From assembly GCA_038231275.1 (NCBI GenBank), contig JBBRLQ010000021.1:32001-96000 (forward strand): a stretch of 64,000 nt of DNA. Reading direction: 5' to 3'. The notes under the pieces were generated by a model. The model saw nothing but the letters and a program-made list of their open reading frames with translations, was not told the origin of the DNA and did no database searches. This DNA comes from Polyangiales bacterium. GTDB lineage: Bacteria > Myxococcota_A > Polyangia > Polyangiales > Polyangiaceae. Made by a program: the position numbers and the translations under genes. Of the stretch, positions 51,441 to 60,748 are shown in pieces (the stretch's first letter is position 1; every line of letters starts with the position of its first letter).

Positions 51441-52553
51441 ATGCGCAGGACCCCGACCATCACCACGCCTTCACCGGCGTCCGGCTCTTCTTCTGTTTCT
51501 GTTTCGTCGGACACCGGACGGGCGCGCCGGGTGGTCGGGCTCCTCGCGTTCTTGGTCATGGCCGTCGCGCCGGCGGCGTGCGTCACCAACGGACCGGACG
51601 ACACGCTCGCAGGCCTGCCGCCGGGCGACGCCCTCCCCGACACGGGGGTCCCGCCCGACGGCGCGGGCGCGGCGCGCCGTTGGGGTTGGGGGCAAGCGAC
51701 TGGGAGCAGCGACGCGCACACCGACGGCGGCGACGGAGCCGCGCCGTCGGACGGCGGCGTCGCGTCGGCGTGCGGCGCCTGCGCCGCCGGCGAGGCCTGC
51801 TCGCCCGCCGGAAAATGCGCGCCATGCACCAAGGCATGCGGCGCGAACGGGGTCTGCGCGCTCTCCTGGGAGACCGGGCCGCACTGCCAGTGCGCGCCGG
51901 GCTACTACGAGACGCTCTCGGGGTGCGCGCCGGTCGCCGGCAGCCCTTGCGCCGGGATCACCTGCGGCGGCCACGGGACTTGCTACGCGGCACCTCCCTT
52001 GTTCAGCCCCGAGTGCCACTGCGAGGGGGACACCGTCAGCTACGGCCTCACCTGCTCGCCGCGCAAAACGATCCGCTGCATCGACCGAGACGGCACGCTC
52101 AAGGACAAGGGCGCGGTCCGCTGCAGCGCCGACGACACGACGTTCGAGGTCTGCCGCGACGGCGACGGCGACGGCGCCGTGGAGTGGGTCGCGAGCGGCA
52201 AGCCGAGCTGCGCCGCGGGCCCCGCCTGTTCGCAGTGCCTAGAAACCAAGTGCGACAACGGCGATGGTACCGGCGGCCAGGCGTGCCCCACCGGCACCGT
52301 CTGCATGGGGATGGTGCACGAGACCCCCGTCTACCGCTGTCAGCCGTCGTGCGACTGCACCAACTGCGGCACGTGCGATCCGGGGCAGTTCCACGGCTAC
52401 CAGCGCGCGTGCGGATCGGACGCCGACACCTTCGAGAACCCCACCATCGTTTGCAAATCCCCGTGCCCGCACGCCGGCGACGGGTGCTTGCCCTATGGCC
52501 AGTTCGCCTTCTGTTTCCCGAACGAGGGCTGCGCCAGCGCAGCCCCGCGCTGA
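51441..52553 (+). CDS. Cys-rich EGF-like repeat lipoprotein
   Basis: APAA-C lipobox; EGF-like CGANGVC...CQCAPGY and CGGHGTC...CHCEG. Confidence 0.85.
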   Translation: MRRTPTITTPSPASGSSSVSVSSDTGRARRVVGLLAFLVMAVAPAACVTNGPDDTLAGLPPGDALPDTGVPPDGAGAARRWGWGQATGSSDAHTDGGDGAAPSDGGVASACGACAAGEACSPAGKCAPCTKACGANGVCALSWETGPHCQCAPGYYETLSGCAPVAGSPCAGITCGGHGTCYAAPPLFSPECHCEGDTVSYGLTCSPRKTIRCIDRDGTLKDKGAVRCSADDTTFEVCRDGDGDGAVEWVASGKPSCAAGPACSQCLETKCDNGDGTGGQACPTGTVCMGMVHETPVYRCQPSCDCTNCGTCDPGQFHGYQRACGSDADTFENPTIVCKSPCPHAGDGCLPYGQFAFCFPNEGCASAAPR

Positions 52554-52607
52554 CGCGGATCCGCGGAATTATCGGCTGCGCCCCGCGCGCGGTAAGCTTG
52601 GACCGGG

Positions 52608-53393
52608 ATGCCGACGCGCCTACGTTTCACCTTCGCCGCGGCGGCTGCGCTGCTGGTCGCCGCCACGCCGTCGGCGGCGCGCGCGGACGAAACCGTTCGG
52701 CGGTGCATCGCGTCCTACGAGCGCGCGCAGGTCCTCTCGCACCAGGGGCAGCTCGGCGACGCGCGGCGCGCGCTCTCGCAGTGCCTCGACGAGCGCTGCC
52801 CCGCCACGCTCCGCAAAGACTGCGGCGCGTGGCTCGCCGACGTCGAGCAGCGCCAGCCGAGCATCGTGGTGCGCGTCGAGGCGGCCAAGCCTGCGGCGAT
52901 TACGTCCGTGGAGCTCGACGCCAAACCGTGGGTGCTTCCGCCCGCAGGTCGGTCCGCGGAAGTCGACCCGGGGTCGCACGTCCTCACGTTGCGTACGGCC
53001 GAAGGGTCCGCGAGCGTGCGCTTCGTCGCGACCGAAGGACAGAAGCTGCAGTCGGTCTCGGCGCGCTTCGCGCCTCCGGCCGCGCCGACCGCGCCGCCGC
53101 TACGCGCCGAGGCGCGCCCGATCTGGCCGAGCCTCCTCCTCGCGGGGGTCGGCGTCGTGTCGGTCGGCTCGTTCGCGTTTTTTGGCCTCACGGGGCGCGC
53201 CGACCAGCGCGGGCTGGACGCGTGCGACCCGCACTGCACCCACGACGACGTGAGCAGGGTGCGGACCAAGTACATCGTCGCCGACGTCTCGCTCTTGGTC
53301 GCTGCAGTCTCGTTCGTCGCGTCGGCCGTGCTCCTCGCGACGGGCGGCGGCGACGCGCCTAGAGGAGCCGTCTCGTCCGGAGCCGCGCGGTGA
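52608..53393 (+). CDS. Exported Cys-containing TPR-like + PEGA-like protein with C-terminal hydrophobic helices
   Basis: Signal peptide; CIASYERAQ...QCLDERCP...DCGAWL; VELDA...EVDPGSHVL; two hydrophobic helices around CDPHC. Confidence 0.85.
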   Translation: MPTRLRFTFAAAAALLVAATPSAARADETVRRCIASYERAQVLSHQGQLGDARRALSQCLDERCPATLRKDCGAWLADVEQRQPSIVVRVEAAKPAAITSVELDAKPWVLPPAGRSAEVDPGSHVLTLRTAEGSASVRFVATEGQKLQSVSARFAPPAAPTAPPLRAEARPIWPSLLLAGVGVVSVGSFAFFGLTGRADQRGLDACDPHCTHDDVSRVRTKYIVADVSLLVAAVSFVASAVLLATGGGDAPRGAVSSGAAR

Positions 53394-55201
53394 CCGACGA
53401 GGTCCGGCAGCTCGGGCGCTACGCGATCCACGACTCGATTGCGTCCGGCGGGATGGCGCGCGTGCACCTCGCGCGGCAGCTCGGTTCCGCCGGCTTCGCG
53501 CGCCCCGTGGCGATGAAGATCCTGCACCCCAACCTCGCCTCGGATCCGCGCTTCGTCGCGATGCTCATCGACGAGGCGCACCTCGCGGCGCGCATCCGGC
53601 ACCCGAACGTGGTCCCCATCCTCGACATCGTGACCGCCGATCGCGAGATCGCCCTCGTGATGGAGTTCGTGCACGGCGAGTCGCTGGACAAGCTCATCGC
53701 CGCCGCGCGCAAGGCCGGCGAGCCGATCGAGGCGGGCGTCATCTCGACGGTCATGGTCGGCGCGCTCGAAGGCCTGCACGCCGCGCACGAGGCCAAGGCG
53801 GAGAGCGGCGCGTCGCTCTCGATCATCCATCGCGACGTGTCGCCGCACAACGTGCTCGTCGGCGTGGACGGCGTCACGCGCGTCACCGATTTCGGCGTCG
53901 CCAAGGCCGCCTCGCGTCTCCAGAGCACCGAGACGGGGGAGCTCAAGGGGAAGTTCGCGTACATGGCCCCCGAGCAGCTCGAGGCGAAAGCGCTGACCAG
54001 GGCCGTCGACGTCTGGGCGGCGGGGCTGCTGCTCTGGGAGCTCGTGGCCCGGCACCGGCTCTTCGTCGAGGAGTCGGTCGATCTCATTCGCGCGATCCGG
54101 AGTAAATCGATCGTCGTGCCGTCGTCCTCGGGCGGGACGGACCTCTTCGACGCGATCGCGATGCGCGCGCTTTCGCGGGACCCGCGCCAGCGCTTCGCGA
54201 CGGCGCGCGAGATGGCCGAGGCGATCGACCGCCAGTGCCTCCCCGCGTCGGCGCGAGAGGTTGGCGCGTGGGTGGAGCGCCTCGCCGCCGGCGGGCTGGC
54301 CGCGCGCTCGCAAATCCTCGCGCGGATCGAGCGCGAGGCGAGCGCCCTCAAGGGGACGGGCGGCGCGTACGCGTCGGAGCTCGCCGCGCTCGGCGTCGAC
54401 GTTGCGCCCGGGCCGCCGCCGGAGCGGTCGCCGTCGCCGTCGACGCTCGATTTCCCTGCGGACGCCCCGTTGCCGACGCGGCCGGTGCTCGGGCGGCAGG
54501 CACCGCCCGCGGCCGTGACGCGTCGGTCCGGAGGTCGGCCGGCGCCCGACGACGCCCCTGGGGACGCCGGCTCGGCGACCGTCGCGGCGACGCCCAACGT
54601 CCTTGGGGCGAAGCGCGCGCCTCCGAGCGATGGAATGACGATGCTCTCCGCCGGGCATGAGCCCACGTCGTCTCCGCCGTCCACGGCCGCGCCGGTCGCC
54701 GTTCGCATCGTCCCGCCGCCGACGGCGGCCGCGGTCCAGCCTACGCCCGCGGCGGTCGAGACCCCGACGGTCACGACGGTCGCGTCGACGCGGCGGCGCC
54801 GGAGGATCCTCGTCGCGATTGCGGCGATCGCCCTTTCGCTCGTCGTGCCGACGGCGTTCGTCCTCCGCGCGCGCAGGCTTGCCGACCTTCGCCGCGCCGC
54901 GCGTGAAGAGACGCCCACCCCGATCGCGTCCGTGGTCGCCGCCGCGTCATCCGCCGCCACGTCGTCCGCCGCTGTGGCGATCACGCCTGCTCCGGTCGCG
55001 TCGAGCGCGGCGGTGGCCAGCGCGGCGCTCGCGCCCCGCGCGGGCGGGGCGAAGGGGCCGCGCCCACGCGAGCGTCCGTCCGGCCCGCGCCCGGCACCGA
55101 GCGCGGCGGGCCCGCCGCCGGACCACTGCAACCCGCCCTACTCGGTCGGGCCGCCGCCCGACTTCATCCGGCACCCCAAGCCCGAGTGCTTCGAGCGCTG
55201 A
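53390..55201 (+). CDS. Membrane Ser/Thr protein kinase
   Basis: IASGGMARVH, VAMK, HRDVSPHN, DFG, GKFAYMAPE, DVWAAG; TM; tail CNPPY...KPEC; GTGA-coupled to the upstream gene. Confidence 0.95.
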   Translation: MTDEVRQLGRYAIHDSIASGGMARVHLARQLGSAGFARPVAMKILHPNLASDPRFVAMLIDEAHLAARIRHPNVVPILDIVTADREIALVMEFVHGESLDKLIAAARKAGEPIEAGVISTVMVGALEGLHAAHEAKAESGASLSIIHRDVSPHNVLVGVDGVTRVTDFGVAKAASRLQSTETGELKGKFAYMAPEQLEAKALTRAVDVWAAGLLLWELVARHRLFVEESVDLIRAIRSKSIVVPSSSGGTDLFDAIAMRALSRDPRQRFATAREMAEAIDRQCLPASAREVGAWVERLAAGGLAARSQILARIEREASALKGTGGAYASELAALGVDVAPGPPPERSPSPSTLDFPADAPLPTRPVLGRQAPPAAVTRRSGGRPAPDDAPGDAGSATVAATPNVLGAKRAPPSDGMTMLSAGHEPTSSPPSTAAPVAVRIVPPPTAAAVQPTPAAVETPTVTTVASTRRRRRILVAIAAIALSLVVPTAFVLRARRLADLRRAAREETPTPIASVVAAASSAATSSAAVAITPAPVASSAAVASAALAPRAGGAKGPRPRERPSGPRPAPSAAGPPPDHCNPPYSVGPPPDFIRHPKPECFER

Positions 55202-55234
55202 ACCGCGCACCCCCGGATCGGCTAGTATTCGAGG

Positions 55235-56134
55235 GTGAAGGTGACGGCACATCGGGCGCTCGGCCTGTCCGCGGTCATCGCGGCGTGTTCGCTCACGCCG
55301 CTCGATCACTACGACTCGCAGAACGGATCGAGCGACATCGACGCGGGCGATGCCACGTCGGGCGAAGGGGCGGCGCCGGACGTCGCCCAGGACGCGCTTC
55401 CACTCGACGACGGCGGGGCGCCGGACGTCGACGCCGGCCCCGGCGCGCCGTGGACGCGCTACTCGCTCGACACGTCGAGCGCCGCCGGCGCGCCGTGGAC
55501 GGTGACGCCTCTCGAGCAGCTCTGGACCGGCCCGAGCGCGCCCCCTCCGCGGGGCGTCGTCGCAGCGGTGCAGCTCGTCGACTTCTCGCGCCTCCTCGTC
55601 ATCACGGGCGACGGGACGCTGTACGTTCAGCAGGACGGTGGCGTGTGGATGAGCCCGATGGCGATCACCGCCGCCTTCCCGCAGATCACCGGCCCGGTCG
55701 ACGGCATCACGCACATCCCGTACGCATTCGCCGTCACGCTGCAGCCGGACGCAGCGCTCGTGGAGTCGCTGCTCCTCCAGAAGGTCCCGCAGTACTGGTA
55801 CTACCAGTACCTGCCCAACGATCAGCGCGTCTTCGAGAGGACCGGCACGACGGTGGACGTGCCGCCCCCCGGCGCGCCGGAGGGGACCGGCAAGCTCCTC
55901 GCGAACTTCGAGATCCTGGACCTCGGCAACGCGGACGCGGCCGTCCACTTCCGCCGCTTCGACGTCTACGGCGACGGCAACGTGTACTCCTTCGACGCCG
56001 CCGCGACGTGGACCAAGACCCCGCTCGGCGCGCACCCGTTCTGGAGCGGCCGCGCCGGCGCCCCCGCGCTCGGGAGCATCCGCGCCACGTACTACGACCA
56101 GGGGAGCACGACCTTGCACGTGATCGGTCCGTGA
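55235..56134 (+). CDS. Lipoprotein, possibly a hemopexin-like beta-propeller
   Basis: IAA-C lipobox, DAG tether, then [31 protein letters not shown] segments. Confidence 0.7.
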   Translation: MKVTAHRALGLSAVIAACSLTPLDHYDSQNGSSDIDAGDATSGEGAAPDVAQDALPLDDGGAPDVDAGPGAPWTRYSLDTSSAAGAPWTVTPLEQLWTGPSAPPPRGVVAAVQLVDFSRLLVITGDGTLYVQQDGGVWMSPMAITAAFPQITGPVDGITHIPYAFAVTLQPDAALVESLLLQKVPQYWYYQYLPNDQRVFERTGTTVDVPPPGAPEGTGKLLANFEILDLGNADAAVHFRRFDVYGDGNVYSFDAAATWTKTPLGAHPFWSGRAGAPALGSIRATYYDQGSTTLHVIGP

Positions 56135-56150
56135 GGATGTTAGCCTTCCG

Positions 56151-57515
56151 GTGGGAGGCGATCTCGACGTGACCAAAGCACGCGCCGATGACGCCACGCG
56201 GACCGTGACCGCCGCCGCCCGCCCGCGCGACGAGCGCGCGGGGCCGCGCCTCGTCGCTGTGTGGACCGACGGCTCCCTCATCCTGCCGCTCACGCCGGGC
56301 GCCGCACTGACGGTCGGACGCGGCGACGACGCGGACGTGCACATCGCCCACCCCTCGATGTCGCGTCTCCACGCCCGCCTCGAGATGGGGCCGCCGGTGC
56401 GCTGGACCGATCTCGGGAGCTTCAACGGGACCTGGGTCGACGGGCGGCGCCTCGGCCAAGGGGAGCGCGCGGAGCTCCCGCACGGCGCGGTGGCGGAGCT
56501 CGGGAGCGTCCTCGTGATCGTCGAGCCGGGCGCCTCCTCACCGACGCCGCCGCGCGCGCCGCGGGGCCGCGACGTCGTCGTCGTCGATGCCGCGACGGTC
56601 GCCGTCTATCGCCAGATCGAGCTCGTCGCGCAGAGCCACTTGAACGTGCTGCTCCTCGGGGAGTCGGGTGTCGGCAAAGAGCTCCTCGCCGCGCACGTTC
56701 ACGCAGCGTCGCGTCGCGCGGCGGGGCCGATGGTCAAGGTCAACTGCGCGGCGCTCGTCGACACGCTCCTCGAGGCCGAGCTGTTCGGGTACGAGAAGGG
56801 GGCCTTCACCGGCGCGACGCACGCGAAGATCGGGCTGCTCGAGTCGGCCAGCGGCGGCACCTTCTTCCTCGATGAGGTAGGAGATCTGCCGGCGGCGACG
56901 CAGACCAAGCTCCTGCGCGTCCTCGAGGCGAACGAGGTGCAGCCGGTGGGCGCGCTCAAGCCGAGGCCGCTCGACGTGCGCTACGTGTCGGCGACGAACC
57001 GTGACCTCCGCAAGCTCGTCGCCTCCGGCGCGTTCCGCGAAGATCTCTTCTTCCGGCTCGACGGCTTCTCGCTGCGCGTGCCCCCCCTCCGGGATCGCAT
57101 CGGGGACGTCCCGCCGCTCGTGGAAGCGTTCGTCGCCGACACCTGCGCGCGCGCCGGACGCCCGCCGCCACGCATCGCCGAAGATGCGATGGCGCGCCTC
57201 CTGTCCTACCCGTGGCCTGGGAACGTTCGGGAGCTCCGCAACGTCGTCGCGCGGAGCGTCGTGATGTCCGCGGCCGACACGCTTCACGCCGCGGATCTAC
57301 TCTTCGACGCCGAAGGGGGCTCGCCCGCCACCGCGCGCACGCTGAAGGAGGTCCCCGCCGCGGGAGGTGACGCCGCCGCGCGCGAGGCCATCCTGCGCGC
57401 GCTCGCCGAGAGCGCGGGCAACCAGAAGCGCGCCGCCGAGATCCTCGGCGTCTCCCGGAGGACGCTACAGTACCGGCTCGATGCGCTGAAGATCCCTCGC
57501 CCGCGCAAGGGCTAG
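56151..57515 (+). CDS. FHA-domain sigma54-dependent transcriptional activator (bEBP, Fis-HTH)
   Basis: FHA ([15 protein letters not shown]), [44 protein letters not shown]. Confidence 0.96.
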   Translation: MGGDLDVTKARADDATRTVTAAARPRDERAGPRLVAVWTDGSLILPLTPGAALTVGRGDDADVHIAHPSMSRLHARLEMGPPVRWTDLGSFNGTWVDGRRLGQGERAELPHGAVAELGSVLVIVEPGASSPTPPRAPRGRDVVVVDAATVAVYRQIELVAQSHLNVLLLGESGVGKELLAAHVHAASRRAAGPMVKVNCAALVDTLLEAELFGYEKGAFTGATHAKIGLLESASGGTFFLDEVGDLPAATQTKLLRVLEANEVQPVGALKPRPLDVRYVSATNRDLRKLVASGAFREDLFFRLDGFSLRVPPLRDRIGDVPPLVEAFVADTCARAGRPPPRIAEDAMARLLSYPWPGNVRELRNVVARSVVMSAADTLHAADLLFDAEGGSPATARTLKEVPAAGGDAAAREAILRALAESAGNQKRAAEILGVSRRTLQYRLDALKIPRPRKG

Positions 57516-57586
57516 CAGCTCACGAGGGAACGATCGACATCGCGCGGCGGGCGCGCGGCGCTCCATGCCCCGAACCGGGTATCGTG

Positions 57587-58531
57587 ATGGGAGTGCTAGG
57601 CGTGAGGTCGATCTTGCCGCCCGTGCTCGCGGTGCTCCTTCTGACCCTCGCCGCTGCGGTGGCAACGGGGCCGCGTTGGCAGCGGCGCGTCGCCGTCGTG
57701 ATCGGCGGCGCGTCGATCTTCCTTCCTTGGCTCCTCCCGCCGGAGCCAGCTGTCGCTCGTGGCGTCCTCGCGCTCGTCACGAGCGTGTGGACGATGCGCG
57801 TCATCGATCTGCGCCGCGGGACTTGGTCATTGCCCGCGCGCGTCGTGCACACGTTCTCCGTCGTCGACACGCGCTTGCTCGTCCGCGGCCCCCGGCGGCT
57901 CGACGTCGCCGGCTTGTTCAATGCGCTGGGGTGGATCGCTGCGGCGGTCGCGGCGGCGTGGGGCCTCGGCGCGCTCCACGCCGCCGGCGGCGAGGCCTGG
58001 ATCACGCGATGGGCGATCGGCGTCGTGCTCGTGTACGCCGCGATCTCCACGCTCTATGGCATGATGGCAGTCGGGTATCGGGCGCTGGGCTTCCAGACGC
58101 CGCCGCTGCACGTCGCGCCGATCCTCGCGCGTTCGGTGCAGGAGCTCTGGGGCGAGCGATGGGCCAAGCCGATCAGTCGTTGGCTGGGCGAGACGTGCTT
58201 TCGTCCGTGGGCGCGCACGCGGCCGCTCGTCGGCGTGCTGGCCGCGTTCGCGGTGAGCGCGTTCTTTCACGCGTATGCGGTGTGGGTGGCGCTCGGCGTC
58301 TTCGATGGGCTCGCGCTGACGGCCGTGATGTTCGCGTACTTCGTTCTCCAAGGCGCGGTGATGAACGTCGAACGCGTGGCCGGCGTGCGGCGGTGGCCGG
58401 CATGGGCGGGGCACGCGTGGACCGTCGTCTGGATGCTCGCGTTCGCGCCCTTCTTCGTCGAGCCGGCGCTACGCGTGCTCGGGTACGCGGCGCCGGCGCG
58501 TGAGGGTGCGACGGTGTCGGCGCCGCGGTGA
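57587..58531 (+). CDS. MBOAT-family (wax-synthase-like, MBOAT_2) membrane O-acyltransferase
   Basis: Multi-TM; PILARSVQELWGERW and AFAVSAFFH (catalytic His). Confidence 0.8.
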   Translation: MGVLGVRSILPPVLAVLLLTLAAAVATGPRWQRRVAVVIGGASIFLPWLLPPEPAVARGVLALVTSVWTMRVIDLRRGTWSLPARVVHTFSVVDTRLLVRGPRRLDVAGLFNALGWIAAAVAAAWGLGALHAAGGEAWITRWAIGVVLVYAAISTLYGMMAVGYRALGFQTPPLHVAPILARSVQELWGERWAKPISRWLGETCFRPWARTRPLVGVLAAFAVSAFFHAYAVWVALGVFDGLALTAVMFAYFVLQGAVMNVERVAGVRRWPAWAGHAWTVVWMLAFAPFFVEPALRVLGYAAPAREGATVSAPR

Positions 58532-58779
58532 TCGCCGGGCTCGTCGCGGACCTGGATCACGCGGCTGGCGCGCAAGGCCAATGGATCGCCGGGCCCGAGG
58601 GGGCAGTTCGGCCCATGTCCGACGGCCACGACACTGGTGTCCGGCGGTCGGGACAGCGCACGCGGTCCTTCGCGACGACGCGCGGAGACGGAGCCTCCGA
58701 GCGCATCTCCCTCGCGACGACGCGCGCTAACGTCGCGAGTCGTCGCGAAGCGCCGACGATCCAGGCGCATCGTCGTTCG

Positions 58780-58795
58780 TGGCACGCGGAGTGCG
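58780..58795 (+). promoter_or_regulatory. Sigma54 (-24/-12) promoter
   Basis: TGGCACGCGGAGTGCG (GG-N10-GC), 13 nt before ATG 58808. Confidence 0.7.
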
Positions 58796-58807
58796 ATGCA
58801 CCCGGCC

Positions 58808-60397
58808 ATGATGACCTCGACGCGCAGCGTGTTCGCGATCGCCTCGCTCGCCCTCGCCTCCATCGCCTTGGGGTGCGGAGGCCACGACGGCGAATCCGCC
58901 TCCCAAGGTGTCTCGAGCGACGAGCTCGGCGCGGGGCGCTACGGCGTCGACTATTCGTTCGCGCGCCCTTCGCCCGCCACGCTGCGCGCCAACGGCTACA
59001 CGTTCGCCGTGCGCTACCTCAGCTACGAGCCGGCGAAGAACCTCTCGCGCGGCGAGGCGCAGGCGCTGATCGCCGCCGGCATCGACGTTGTCTCCAACTG
59101 GGAAGAAGGCGCGAGCGACGCCCTCAAAGGTTTCGCGCGCGGCGCGTCCGACGCCAGCGAGGCCGCGCGTCAGGCCGCGGAGGACGGCGCGCCCGCGTCG
59201 CGCCCGATCTACTTCAGCGTCGACTTCGACGTGCAACCGAGCCAGCTCGCCGCGGTCGAGGCGTACTTCGAGGGCGTTGCCTCGGTCATCGGCGTCGCAC
59301 GCACCGGCGTGTACGGCGGGTACTACGTCGTCAGTCAGCTCTTCGACGCCGGTCGAATCAAGTACGGCTGGCAGACATACGCGTGGTCGCGCGGCAAATG
59401 GGATCCGCGCGCGCAGGCGCGTCAGATTCAGAACAGCATCCTCGGCGGAACCTGCGACAAGGACCAAGCCATCGCCGCGGACTTCGGGCAATGGGGAAGC
59501 GGCGGCGCACCGAGCGGCGGCAAGGGCGTCGCGGAGATCGCGTTCCAGGCGAACACATCGAGCCTCTGGACGGTCGGCAACGCGGGCAACAAGGACTGGG
59601 GCCTCGGCATGATGCCCGGAACGAGCCCGAGCATCGCCGCGCTCGAAGGCGGCGGCTTCGAGGTCGCCTTCCAAGCGAACACCGGCGACCTCTGGACGGT
59701 CGGCGACGCCGGCAACACGAACTGGCACCTCGGAATGATGGCGGGCTCGAGCCCGGCGATCACCGGCCTGAAGGGCGGCGGCTTCGAGGTCGCGTTCCAG
59801 GCGAACACGACGAACCTCTGGACCGTCGGCAACGCGGGTAACAAGGACTGGGCCCTCGGCATGATGAAGGGCACGAGCCCGAGCATCACGGGGCTCGACA
59901 CGGGCGGCTTCGAGGTCGCGTTCCAGGCGAACACGACGAACCTCTGGACCGTCGGCGATGCGGGCAACCAGGACTGGCAGCTCGGAATGCACAGCGCATC
60001 GAGCCCCAGCATCACCGCGCTCGCCGGCGGCAAATTCCAAGTCGCGTTCGAGGCGAACACGACGAACCTCTGGACCGTCGGCGACGCCGGCAACAGGGAC
60101 TGGCAGCTCGGAATGTACGCGGGCACGAGCCCGAGCATCGCGGCGCTCGGCGGCGGCAGCTTCCAGGTCGCGTTCCAGGCGAACACGACGAGCCTCTGGA
60201 CCGTCGGCGACGGCGGCGACAAGGACTGGGGCCTCGGAATGATGCCCGGCTCGAGCCCGAGCATTTCGTCGCTCGGGGGTGGCGGCTTCCACGCGACGTT
60301 CGAGGCGAACACGACGAGCCTGTGGTCCGCCGGCACCGACGGAGTCACCGACATGCAGCTCGGCATGATGAAGGGAACCGGCCCGTCGGGATCCTGA
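58808..60397 (+). CDS. DUF1906 (Rv2525c/GH25-like putative peptidoglycan hydrolase) lipoprotein with 7 C-terminal 42-aa repeats
   Basis: ALG-C lipobox; GVDYS, FAVRYLS, KNLSRGE, VSNWE, PIYFSVDFD, TGVYGG, WQTYAWS. Confidence 0.88.
   Translation: MMTSTRSVFAIASLALASIALGCGGHDGESASQGVSSDELGAGRYGVDYSFARPSPATLRANGYTFAVRYLSYEPAKNLSRGEAQALIAAGIDVVSNWEEGASDALKGFARGASDASEAARQAAEDGAPASRPIYFSVDFDVQPSQLAAVEAYFEGVASVIGVARTGVYGGYYVVSQLFDAGRIKYGWQTYAWSRGKWDPRAQARQIQNSILGGTCDKDQAIAADFGQWGSGGAPSGGKGVAEIAFQANTSSLWTVGNAGNKDWGLGMMPGTSPSIAALEGGGFEVAFQANTGDLWTVGDAGNTNWHLGMMAGSSPAITGLKGGGFEVAFQANTTNLWTVGNAGNKDWALGMMKGTSPSITGLDTGGFEVAFQANTTNLWTVGDAGNQDWQLGMHSASSPSITALAGGKFQVAFEANTTNLWTVGDAGNRDWQLGMYAGTSPSIAALGGGSFQVAFQANTTSLWTVGDGGDKDWGLGMMPGSSPSISSLGGGGFHATFEANTTSLWSAGTDGVTDMQLGMMKGTGPSGS
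59534..60394 (+). repeat. Seven coding tandem repeats of 126 bp (42 aa)
   Basis: Consensus FEVAFQANTTNLWTVGDAGNKDWxLGMMxGTSPSIxxLxGGG. Confidence 0.95.
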
Positions 60398-60444
60398 CCC
60401 GCGCGCCTCGTCGGGGGAAACGGACACGACGAGACTGTCCGCAT

Positions 60445-60575
60445 GTCGTGGTCGGTCGAGAAGGACTGCGTGCGCGAGACGCGCGGACGGGTCGACGGAC
60501 GGCGGCGTCACGTGGAAGCCGATGTTCGACATGGTGTTCCGCCGTCACGCGCCGAAGGTTACGGCCGACCGCGAC
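60445..60575 (+). ncRNA. Candidate structured RNA / palindromic element (unassigned)
   Basis: 14-bp closing stem 60445-60458/60562-60575 with two G-U pairs; inner 8-bp stem 60498-60505/60539-60546. Confidence 0.3.
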
Positions 60576-60748
60576 GGAGCACGTCGGCGACACGGTGGGT
60601 AAGGCTCGTCCCTTCGATGGTTCGCCCGCTTCCCATCTGGACCTCGAGGCGTCCAGGCAAAAGGTCCAGTTTCATGCCCCTCGGCGCATGAATTCCGGCC
60701 GCTTTTAGCGCGAATTTTGGTGGATCGACAGTTGCGTGGGAGTGGGCA

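Noticed and set aside
59534..60394. Regularly spaced repeats as a CRISPR array
   Set aside because: The 126-bp period is in frame, there are no unique spacers, variation is largely codon-like, and no cas genes are present.
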